IMG/VR virus record: IMGVR_UViG_3300017963_000190 | Location: 124,001-188,000 of that record | Direction: 5' to 3' (one strand) | Length of the DNA stretch: 64,000 nt | Shown: piece by piece, positions 39,649 through 47,855 of the stretch | Position numbering within the stretch: the first letter of the stretch is position 1 | Layout: the number at the start of each line of letters is the position of its first letter | Made by a program: the position numbers and the translations under genes | Notes under the pieces: generated by a model | The model's database searches: none | What the model saw: the letters and a program-made list of their open reading frames with translations, nothing else | What the model was told of the DNA's origin: nothing

Positions 39649-40742
39649 GATTCAATCCTTAGCGGCGCAACATCTGGCGCCAGCGCGACCACTTCCGTAA
39701 AGTATAGTTGATTGACGTATATGATGTGCGGCTCACCATCTCCGAGCTCGATCCTCTCAGATGGTATAGTGGACAGAGCTTTGTTTTTCTCCTGCCTGGC
39801 CGCCATCTGCACCTTTTTGGGAGTCACTCGGATATTGAGTACGAGTGGAGTACTGTCCGACGAAACACTTTTGATGTCGTTCAGCGCCTCCATCATATCC
39901 TTGCGCTTCACTGAGAACTTGCTGTCACAGACTCCAGCTATCGTGCTCTGGTACGCCTGCTCCGCATCTTGGAACGGAAGGTCCAGGGTAGGGTAGAATA
40001 CGTCTGCGTCCTCTGTCTGGAATCTGACCATGGAGGCCATCTCTTCTTCTGCGCGCGTGTGCACACTTATTACTACCTCTTTTGCGGTGACGCTGTCAAG
40101 TATTCTTCCCAAGGCAGTTGGCTTCAAAATAAATTTGGTGGAAGTCCGCACTTTTACTGTGGGAGATATCCGGACAAACCGTGCATAGCTGAAGAAGTCA
40201 ATGCCACAGATGTCGAGCCGGTTCGCCTTTTTCCCGCGTCGAAACTGGAACTGCATTCTGAGGTCATCCACCTTGAGGATATGCTTCAATTCTACCATAG
40301 AAGCCGCGGCGGCCAACATAGCGGTGGGTAATTTGACCACCGCTTTAAGGTTAGTAATGTCCGGCTGCGCGGTCTTGAATAGGTCCTCTGAATCCGTATC
40401 CAAGGCGAGATTGAACTTCGATTTTTTGTTGGAAATCTCTATTTGATCTGCGTCGTTTTGCGCGTCGAGCGTGAGCTCTCCTGAGAGGCGCAGTTTCGAT
40501 ATAGAATCGAGCTCAACGTACGCTCGTCCGGGCCGCATCACTGTAGCAGGAACGGCGAGTTTCACGTAGGCTCCCAGAAAAGTCGATTCCACGAACAGCC
40601 CCTTTTCTGTCACCGTGAGCCTCCCCTTCATGGGAATAGGCTGCTCATCCTTCTTTTTGGTCTTGGGGTCGCTTAGTCTCTGGAGAGCTAGTGCAGCCTT
40701 GATGGCTTTTTTGAACTCCGTGGCCTTAGTAGTGGCTTTCAT
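39528..40742 (-). CDS. dnaN: DNA polymerase III beta-like sliding clamp
   Basis: About 400 aa with three repeated clamp-like domains; matches DnaN pattern (F.V.RKDMMEAL, IYVNQLYFTEVV, EYYLSQV); replication context. Confidence 0.7.
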   Translation of the reverse strand: MKATTKATEFKKAIKAALALQRLSDPKTKKKDEQPIPMKGRLTVTEKGLFVESTFLGAYVKLAVPATVMRPGRAYVELDSISKLRLSGELTLDAQNDADQIEISNKKSKFNLALDTDSEDLFKTAQPDITNLKAVVKLPTAMLAAAASMVELKHILKVDDLRMQFQFRRGKKANRLDICGIDFFSYARFVRISPTVKVRTSTKFILKPTALGRILDSVTAKEVVISVHTRAEEEMASMVRFQTEDADVFYPTLDLPFQDAEQAYQSTIAGVCDSKFSVKRKDMMEALNDIKSVSSDSTPLVLNIRVTPKKVQMAARQEKNKALSTIPSERIELGDGEPHIIYVNQLYFTEVVALAPDVAPLRIESWNRAQIIVRAENIQDGTIEYYLSQVDLQKHREDVESSRD

Positions 40743-41689
40743 CGTGCTTCACGCTCGTTTCTGGTAAGCAGCCTTATCACATTTTCTTCGATGAGGATGT
40801 CATTCTGCTGACAAAATCTATGGAGCCTGCTCTTCGAGGCCGCGCCGGTCATGTTTTTTACGCTCAGTGCGTCCCTGGCACGTACCAGATCGAAGTTTCT
40901 TTGGGCCTCTCGTCTATGTTTTACAACACGCTCAAGCTCCCTTGTACTAATGACCTGCTGCGCTTTGGCTGCTCGGTAAGCATCTCTGGGGCAAGTTCCC
41001 ATGGCCGCGAGCTTTTTTATCGATGCTGTGCGCATGCGTGGGACCGCTCGGGGGATGTTGTCCGCCGGATCCCCCAAGAACGCTTTTAGACAAGCCACGT
41101 TCCTCGGAAGCACGCCCAGCACTTCCTTGCATTTGGATGCATTTATGATCCCAAGCTTTTGAGTTTCCACCACAATTCTGTCACCCTGGATCACTTGCCA
41201 TAAGTCTCTATCTTCGCTAACCACGGTGATCTCCGTTTGTGGGTGCCTATTTTTTGCCCACACTGCGATAGCATCATCAGCTTCACCTTGTGGAGCTCTC
41301 GTCGCCCGGATAGCTAGATTTTCCAATAGTTTCAGAGATTTCATGTAGGTTTGCATGACCTCTATATTCTGCACCCGTTGGGCTTTGTAGCCGTCCCATA
41401 TCCTTCGTCGGTGCTGCTTCCCAGCTCCCTCTAATGCGCATACTAGTGTCGCATTTGGGTACCTTTTTCGTAATTTCGCTAGCATCAACATCAATAATTT
41501 CATGGTCTTGGACTGACGTTTTTTAACATAATAGTCATGCAACTGCTGATTCTCTAATGATTCCAGTTTTCTATCTGTGTTGACTGAATAAAATGCACGG
41601 TAGACCACGTTCGGCCAGTCCATTACAACCTGTTGATTATAATGAGGAAATATTCCGGTCATGCCTGTTTCCGGTATTGTGCTTTTCAT
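40739..41689 (-). CDS. 5'-3' exonuclease / flap endonuclease (Pol I N-terminal, RNase H-like); start approximate
   Basis: VMDWPNVVYRAF, YKAQR, GEADDAIA, VSEDRDLWQ, AFLGDPADNIP motifs. Confidence 0.9.
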   Translation of the reverse strand: MKSTIPETGMTGIFPHYNQQVVMDWPNVVYRAFYSVNTDRKLESLENQQLHDYYVKKRQSKTMKLLMLMLAKLRKRYPNATLVCALEGAGKQHRRRIWDGYKAQRVQNIEVMQTYMKSLKLLENLAIRATRAPQGEADDAIAVWAKNRHPQTEITVVSEDRDLWQVIQGDRIVVETQKLGIINASKCKEVLGVLPRNVACLKAFLGDPADNIPRAVPRMRTASIKKLAAMGTCPRDAYRAAKAQQVISTRELERVVKHRREAQRNFDLVRARDALSVKNMTGAASKSRLHRFCQQNDILIEENVIRLLTRNEREAR

Positions 41690-41709
41690 TTTGACTTTCG
41701 CATTTATGG

Positions 41710-41738
41710 TTGACAATGCACTTACCAGAGTATATACT
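41710..41738 (+). promoter_or_regulatory. Near-consensus sigma70 promoter
   Basis: TTGACA-N17-TATACT in an AT-rich patch. Confidence 0.75.
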
Positions 41739-41782
41739 ATGAATGTAGGAGTTGTAATTCTTTTTTGAAAGGAGCAGCCGCC

Positions 41783-41965
41783 ATGAAAAATCAGCAGCAG
41801 CTCCGCGTGAGCAAAACACAACACCAGCTGCTTCGCCGGTACCCTCGCCACCCAGGCGTTTGGAACTCTCTAGGTATCCGTCTAGGGGGCGACACCCGGG
41901 TAGTTGTGGGATCCCGCAGCGTTCGGCTCGTGAGGCCTGGGTCTCGTCGGCGTCAAAGTGGTTAG
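41783..41965 (+). CDS. Small basic protein (60 aa), opposite strand to the replication cluster
   Basis: GAAAGGAG RBS 8 nt before ATG, downstream of the consensus promoter; stop overlaps the dnaB stop. Confidence 0.55.
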   Translation: MKNQQQLRVSKTQHQLLRRYPRHPGVWNSLGIRLGGDTRVVVGSRSVRLVRPGSRRRQSG

Positions 41966-43326
41966 CTAGCATCGCTATCCCAGAGACTTCCGTCGACCTT
42001 AGCGTCGTCGATACTGCTTTTTCTCGCTCCCAACCCTCCCACATTCTCTGTTTCTATTCGCATCTTTTCGAACAGCATATTGGCGGTGAGCATACGTTTG
42101 CCCGTGTGCCGCGCCTTCGCTAGTTTGAGCTCCGTTTGCTTGACTTCCTCCTGTTCTTGCCCCCACTTCCACCACATCCAGTAGTCCGTGTTTTCTTCTA
42201 TCCCTTTGCCGTACTTCACTCGTTCTTCTTCTGATAACTGCGTCAGCAAAACGGGAACGCATTTGAGCCTTTTCGCCATGCCTTTGAAGTATCGACTGTA
42301 CTCCAGCTGCATCTTCCACTGATCCATTCCTTGTCCGTGCATCAGTGTAATGTAGTCGATGTAAATCGCATCGAACATGTATGGAGCCAGATTTGCCTCC
42401 AGCTTCTGAGGAGTGAACAGTGGATCCTTGACATCCCAGACGGTGAACGTGCAGTTTTTTCGTTGCCCGTGCTTGTGAAATAGCCTGTAGTTTTTGCTGA
42501 CTAAGTTCCGTTCTTGTGTAGTCAGGTCCTTTGAGTAGCGTATCTTGTTGTGCAGTACACCACTGATGCACGAAAGCATCCGCTTGATCAGCTCATCCTC
42601 GGACATCTCCAGCGATACATAGCACACATTCCTGTTGGTGCGTGCATACTGGTTGATGGCCATCTGCATTGCCATCGTGCTCTTGCCGCCACCAGAAGGT
42701 GCAGAGATGGTTACCAGATTGCCCCTTTCCCACCCTCGCACGTGGTTGTCGAGCCCTTTGAGTCCAGTGGATATGAATCTATTCGGCCGGAACGTAAGCA
42801 GGTCGTCCAGCTTCTTCTTTGCCTCCGCGGCAGTTTGTCTCTTTCCTAGGTGGAAAAGCGGCTGCTTGTCGAACCCCCCGCGAATGCCAAGCAAGGCACT
42901 CTCCATAGTTTGCGCGATGGACTCGATACCCTCTTCATCCACCGCTCCAGCAGCGATGTCGTTTATGGTCTGCTGCGCGTCATAGATGATGCGTATGTGG
43001 CGGTGCGTCTTCAGCTTCTCTAGAAGACCGACTACTTCAGCCTTTTTGTACGACCCGGCGGATTTACGTTTAGCCGGTGTGGCCTTGATTAATGTGCTCT
43101 GAGACTCAGTTAATGCTGGGTCTTCGCTGAAAGCCTCTGCATCACCTAGGTTCTTCCCAAGGGTCAGCAGTGTGGTCATACGCTTGCGTATTGCCTTGGC
43201 GTCTTCTGTTCCGTAGTCGTCCTCGTCGGTCTCCGTCAAGATCTGCGCTTTGATGCGCTGGCTGCGTGTTTCCAGCGCGCATATTAGGAGCTTCTGCTCA
43301 ACGATCGCATTTACCAGATTGGCCAT
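41962..43326 (-). CDS. dnaB: DnaB-like replicative helicase
   Basis: APSGGGKST Walker A, YVSLEMSEDEL, IYIDYITLM, VLLTQLS, LAKARH. Confidence 0.93.
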   Translation of the reverse strand: MANLVNAIVEQKLLICALETRSQRIKAQILTETDEDDYGTEDAKAIRKRMTTLLTLGKNLGDAEAFSEDPALTESQSTLIKATPAKRKSAGSYKKAEVVGLLEKLKTHRHIRIIYDAQQTINDIAAGAVDEEGIESIAQTMESALLGIRGGFDKQPLFHLGKRQTAAEAKKKLDDLLTFRPNRFISTGLKGLDNHVRGWERGNLVTISAPSGGGKSTMAMQMAINQYARTNRNVCYVSLEMSEDELIKRMLSCISGVLHNKIRYSKDLTTQERNLVSKNYRLFHKHGQRKNCTFTVWDVKDPLFTPQKLEANLAPYMFDAIYIDYITLMHGQGMDQWKMQLEYSRYFKGMAKRLKCVPVLLTQLSEEERVKYGKGIEENTDYWMWWKWGQEQEEVKQTELKLAKARHTGKRMLTANMLFEKMRIETENVGGLGARKSSIDDAKVDGSLWDSDAS

Positions 43327-43329
43327 ATA

Positions 43330-43917
43330 TTACCCCTCGTCGATCAGATCCTCTGGGCGCGTGTCTTTCACTTTGAGCACCATGTCTGGGTATTTTCCAA
43401 TTTTCTTGTAGGTCCATGTCTCTGGTGCCGTATTTCCAGCAACCACAAGTATCTTGAAGGCATACCTGAAGCGTTCTAGAATGTCCCGCACCGTTTGCGC
43501 CCGTTCTGCCGTGATGTCTCCTAGGATGTTATGCACCAGTACGCACCGGGGTGCTTCCTCAAAGAAAGGCACAGTACTAGCGGAGTTGATTATGGCCGAG
43601 TTGAACCCTTTGATTTTTCGAAGACCATTCAGTATGAGGTGTGCCGCATAAAGAGCCCCAGTGTCTGTGGGTGAGGAGGTTACCGTGATGAGCGGACTTT
43701 TGCGAGGAGGCTCCTTAACGATGGCCTTGATCCAATGCTTTTGGGCTACCGCAGAGATCTTTTCTCCACGAAACGGAGTCACCTGAAGGCTGAGTGAGCT
43801 GAGCCTAGGCGACCAGCAATGTAGAGGTACACCTGCCGACGCCAGCTTCCTCTCGTGCACACTTTTTGCTAGCAGCCTGTCGGGATTGTCTAGTCGCCTG
43901 CCCTTATTTTTTGGCAC
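43330..43917 (-). CDS. DnaC/IstB-like helicase-loader homolog with degenerate P-loop
   Basis: AGVPLH N-terminus and loader-like layout directly upstream of dnaB; Walker A position reads SSPTDTGALYAA. Confidence 0.45.
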   Translation of the reverse strand: MPKNKGRRLDNPDRLLAKSVHERKLASAGVPLHCWSPRLSSLSLQVTPFRGEKISAVAQKHWIKAIVKEPPRKSPLITVTSSPTDTGALYAAHLILNGLRKIKGFNSAIINSASTVPFFEEAPRCVLVHNILGDITAERAQTVRDILERFRYAFKILVVAGNTAPETWTYKKIGKYPDMVLKVKDTRPEDLIDEG

Positions 43918-45430
43918 GTGGCCTCCTCTGCCAAATACCCACGCCCATTGTCCTGGTGCGGTCTATCTCTATTTTTCGTATCTTCCATCCGTTGGCCCGA
44001 CAGGTTCGGACACGACTTTTATACGCACCGTCCAGCTGACCTCCGCTGTCCACGTAGTCCCTGATGATTGGATTCCTTTTTCCCTTCAGCCAGCGCCTTG
44101 CTCTGCCGTATCCTTGCTCCGTCACCGTCTTCGATTTTGCCGGCGTCACAAAGTGCAAGCAGTCTACTGATGGTAAGTTTACAAGCTGGTTGAGGACTTT
44201 TCCGGCAAAAATACCCTGATACTTCCCCTGGCGCAAATCTTCGTAGATGGCCTCGCGTACGCGCTTCGGCGTTTTCCCATCTACATATGCCACATCGTAG
44301 TTGTCCTGAGACATCATCTCGTACAGCTTGCGCGCTAGTTGCCGCCTCTGTGAGATAGCGGCCACAATCCGACCATCATCGAAATCCTGTCTGAGGTATT
44401 TTTGGATGATCTCGTAGCGTTCTTCGTTCTTGACGAGCTCCGCCAGCACCACATTCCATTGGTAGTAGTCCGGGAATGGTTTTTGGTATACCCATGCTGG
44501 CGCTTCCACGCCGGTTTCGATGAACCACACTGTAGGAGGCATCTGACGTGCCTTTCCCTCCGCTACCACAGGCCCCACTGTGTCGAAGATAAGGTGGTGC
44601 CTGTGGTCAGTGCGTTCTATGGTGGCCGACAATCCCAAGAATGAAAACGGATTTATAGCTTGGACGACTTTGGAATATACCGGGGCACCGAAGTCATGTA
44701 CCTCATCTAGGAGGAGCAGCCCAAATGAATTTCTGTGCTTGCGTAACCAGCGTTTACCTCTTTCGTATTGGAAGGTTTGCACGGTGGCCACTGTGATGGG
44801 GAACCACTGCGATTTCTTTACTGCCTCGCTGATAGACCCCACCAAGCGCATTTCGTGCTCTTCTTCCAGATCATCGATGTTGGTGTGCCTGCGGATCTCT
44901 CCTATCCACTGCCCGATGCCGTCGGTTTGCTTCATCATGAGCAGCGTTGTTTGCTTCATACGAGCAAGCGCCAGAAGGCCCATCACGGTTTTTCCAGACC
45001 CTGGATCCCCTTTGATGATTCCGTATCCCTTGCGCAACCACTCATCGACGCATCGCGCCTGATCTTCGTAGCGGTGATCAGCTTTCGTTGATGGATTGAT
45101 TTGGAGGTCCACTCCGAGAGGGGAGACTGGTCGCAGGTCTCTGTAACCCCTTCTTAGTAGAGGCAGGAGTTTGGATAGATCTCCGCGAGGCAGCGATAGC
45201 CCGGGTATGCCGGAGGCAGTGAAAAACTCACGGTACGTATTGAGAGTGTGTACCTCAACTTCTTTGTCTTTGACTGGCTCCCCAAAGGAATCCAGGACAA
45301 GATCCCCCAGCTCGTCTTCCCTAGGGACGAACCGGAATTCCTTCCATTCGTAGTGCCATCTTTTGAGTAGATTATCATCGACTGCGTCGTGTGGCACGAG
45401 CAGCTTGTTGGAGAGAATACTTTTTGGCAT
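43904..45430 (-). CDS. SF2 DExH helicase (UvsW/XPB-like)
   Basis: GDPGSGKT, LLDEVH, LSAT, QGYGRARR motifs. Confidence 0.9.
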   Translation of the reverse strand: MPKSILSNKLLVPHDAVDDNLLKRWHYEWKEFRFVPREDELGDLVLDSFGEPVKDKEVEVHTLNTYREFFTASGIPGLSLPRGDLSKLLPLLRRGYRDLRPVSPLGVDLQINPSTKADHRYEDQARCVDEWLRKGYGIIKGDPGSGKTVMGLLALARMKQTTLLMMKQTDGIGQWIGEIRRHTNIDDLEEEHEMRLVGSISEAVKKSQWFPITVATVQTFQYERGKRWLRKHRNSFGLLLLDEVHDFGAPVYSKVVQAINPFSFLGLSATIERTDHRHHLIFDTVGPVVAEGKARQMPPTVWFIETGVEAPAWVYQKPFPDYYQWNVVLAELVKNEERYEIIQKYLRQDFDDGRIVAAISQRRQLARKLYEMMSQDNYDVAYVDGKTPKRVREAIYEDLRQGKYQGIFAGKVLNQLVNLPSVDCLHFVTPAKSKTVTEQGYGRARRWLKGKRNPIIRDYVDSGGQLDGAYKSRVRTCRANGWKIRKIEIDRTRTMGVGIWQRRPRAKK

Positions 45431-45444
45431 TGCGTAGTAATGGG

Positions 45445-46017
45445 CTAGGTAATATTCTCGATTCCAGCGTACCGGTCCATTATATACGGAATCACGCTGG
45501 GGTCAATAGATGGCGCCTCTGGATCCTGTACAATTGAATAATCTTGCTGCTTGCTCGACCACAGCATGATTTTCAGGATGGAAAACACGTCGTCTCTTGG
45601 GTTCAGGCTACAGTTGATCCTCACGATACAGAGCTTCTGTACAACAACCACGACGGCGTCCCATACTAAGATACTGTCAATCCTGCGAATGCCGCTTCGG
45701 CTGATAACGCAGAATAGGTTATTCTGCGCATAAGGAGGAGCGAGGCGGTACACGTCGTCTGGGACAGGGACCGTCCCAAATATTGGAGCAATCATCATAG
45801 CAATCGGTATGATGTGCCGCCTCTCGTATCCGACAAGAAGGTCAGTCTGCTTGGTGGGTTCCCCCACCTCGTAGATTCTCGCAGACTCCGGTAGCTTCAG
45901 CAGTCGAGGATGGCCTGCCGGTGGCGCATACTCATGATTAGTGGGCTCTTGCCGCACAGTAGCATACTGCTGCATGTCCCGTAGCATATCCTCTGGGTTT
46001 TGTGCGCCATTTGCCAT
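45445..46017 (-). CDS. Hypothetical protein (~190 aa)
   Basis: TAATG overlap with the upstream stop. Confidence 0.6.
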   Translation of the reverse strand: MANGAQNPEDMLRDMQQYATVRQEPTNHEYAPPAGHPRLLKLPESARIYEVGEPTKQTDLLVGYERRHIIPIAMMIAPIFGTVPVPDDVYRLAPPYAQNNLFCVISRSGIRRIDSILVWDAVVVVVQKLCIVRINCSLNPRDDVFSILKIMLWSSKQQDYSIVQDPEAPSIDPSVIPYIMDRYAGIENIT

Positions 46018-46415
46018 TAGTAGTCTCCCTTGGGCTTTATCTGGATTTCTTTTACTTTGTTGCACACATTACCGTCCGCGTCCTTTAGGTCGTCATCCTC
46101 GAAGCCAAAAGAGGCGTACAGATCCGTTTGTCTTGCTCCTACAACGGACACCTCCCCATAGAACGCTGCGCTCTCATTTCCCGGTTCTAGCTCCTTTTTG
46201 ATCAGGGAGCCAGATTGTATCCCTACTACTTTAATTCTGTACTTTCCGTGCCCAGCTTCGTCTATGTCCCACGCTACGACTAGTAAGTGGTCAGGATGAC
46301 CGCTTAACAGGAACGCCTGTTTTTCCTCTGGGTCGAAGTTTATTGTGTGCGGCTCTTTTTCTCCAAACCGCACGACCACAGGATCTTTATTTTTCTTCGT
46401 TTTTCTTGGCGCCAT
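46017..46415 (-). CDS. Hypothetical protein (~132 aa)
   Basis: MAPRK start gives a short overlap with the upstream gene. Confidence 0.55.
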   Translation of the reverse strand: MAPRKTKKNKDPVVVRFGEKEPHTINFDPEEKQAFLLSGHPDHLLVVAWDIDEAGHGKYRIKVVGIQSGSLIKKELEPGNESAAFYGEVSVVGARQTDLYASFGFEDDDLKDADGNVCNKVKEIQIKPKGDY

Positions 46416-46878
46416 CGTTCTTCTTTTCCTGGTGCCGTTCTGCTTGCTCCAGTCTCTCCCGCTCTTTTGCAGCACGTTCTCTAAGTTCCTGCGCGAAGTT
46501 GTCTTGGACGTGCTTGTCCCACATTTGCGCGTCTACCCACGCGTACTGCTGGTCGGTATCGAAGAAGCCGTCATGCTTCATGACGTATGCACGGTATGAT
46601 TTACCGGAGTGAGAGGACTTCAAGACCAGAATCGGTTTCACGACGGCCGGTATGAGAGGCCCTTCTAAGGCGTCTGTTACTCCAACCTCGAAGTAGAAGT
46701 TGGGGAAGTTTCGTAGGTCTATGTTGAACTCCCGTTTGAAATCCTCTGGGGTAGCTTCGTCGGTGCGAAAGAACCTTTGAACCGCCTCAGCTACTTTCTC
46801 CGGGCTTGACAGCCTCATAAAGAAAATCCAATTTGGCAGGATATCATCTAATGTATCAGGCATCTGTTTCGTTCCCAT
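46387..46878 (-). CDS. Hypothetical protein (163 aa)
   Basis: ORF in operon context. Confidence 0.6.
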   Translation of the reverse strand: MGTKQMPDTLDDILPNWIFFMRLSSPEKVAEAVQRFFRTDEATPEDFKREFNIDLRNFPNFYFEVGVTDALEGPLIPAVVKPILVLKSSHSGKSYRAYVMKHDGFFDTDQQYAWVDAQMWDKHVQDNFAQELRERAAKERERLEQAERHQEKKNDGAKKNEEK

Positions 46879-46879
46879 G

Positions 46880-47845
46880 CTATACCTTTCCTGGAGGAGG
46901 TACTAGCTCTATGTTTTCTGGCATCTCGTCTTCTGGTATAGACCTCCCATCTACTACATCCTCAAATTTACTTACGTCTTCTCCGCGCTCTTTCGCCTCA
47001 GCGATCATATCCTTCATCTGCTGCTCGGTGAGTATTTCTGGGTAACCTTCAAAGTCCCCCTCTTCATTGGATCCCTCAGACACGCGTTCTCCGACTCCGT
47101 CCAGTGTGAGCGGCTCCACGTGTTTACCCTCTTCCAAATTTATGGCTTCACCATTCATTATGGCTTCTAGGTGCAGCTCAGCTAGCTGCATGTCCATTAC
47201 GGAGTCCGGTTTGTCCACGAATACCATGACAATAGCATCCACTATTTCCACTTCGTAAGGAGGATCCTCTTTGTCAAAATCCACGTATAGCATCAACGTT
47301 ACCGAGTACCTACCCTCTGGCCATCGGTCGATGTGTAGATTCTCTAGCAGACTGCTGTCTGCTAAGAAATTCGGGCATGCGAATGCCGGCGTAAAGTGCG
47401 GCCCGTCTACCACCTCCCATGTATTGGGTTTGTCAAATGGAACGTCTGGAAGCTCATCCACGTTTTTTGGGAACTTGTCTATACCAACACTTACTGTAAA
47501 GAAGTGTGAGTATATGGAGTCCAGGGTCCTATGGTCCGCATCCACAAACCCAAAGATAGTGAGCCCCTTTTTAGCTATTTCTTCCGAGGGGAGCTCTGGG
47601 TCTGCACCTGTTTTCGTTACGTGTGAGATTCGCTTTGAGATAGAGTTCCCGGTGATCTCCCCATCGCTTGTCTCTTCAATGGTGAGTATGTCTCCTACCA
47701 CGATCGGGTTACGTGGGTTGCTCACCATCAGGTCGAATGTTTTCAGTCCCTCTTCTACGAGCCTGAACTCTTCTGCGTCGCACGTGATCCGCAGCTGCTG
47801 CGGTATTCTATGTACCTGCTTTTTATTTTTGGTTCCTTCTGTCAT
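46880..47845 (-). CDS. Protein with N-terminal ASCH/DUF3850-like domain and acidic C-terminal region
   Basis: EEFRLVEEGLKTFDL...VGDILTIEE...ITGNSISKRISHV matches the DUF3850/ASCH pattern. Confidence 0.6.
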   Translation of the reverse strand: MTEGTKNKKQVHRIPQQLRITCDAEEFRLVEEGLKTFDLMVSNPRNPIVVGDILTIEETSDGEITGNSISKRISHVTKTGADPELPSEEIAKKGLTIFGFVDADHRTLDSIYSHFFTVSVGIDKFPKNVDELPDVPFDKPNTWEVVDGPHFTPAFACPNFLADSSLLENLHIDRWPEGRYSVTLMLYVDFDKEDPPYEVEIVDAIVMVFVDKPDSVMDMQLAELHLEAIMNGEAINLEEGKHVEPLTLDGVGERVSEGSNEEGDFEGYPEILTEQQMKDMIAEAKERGEDVSKFEDVVDGRSIPEDEMPENIELVPPPGKV

Positions 47846-47855
47846 TGGTTGGCCC

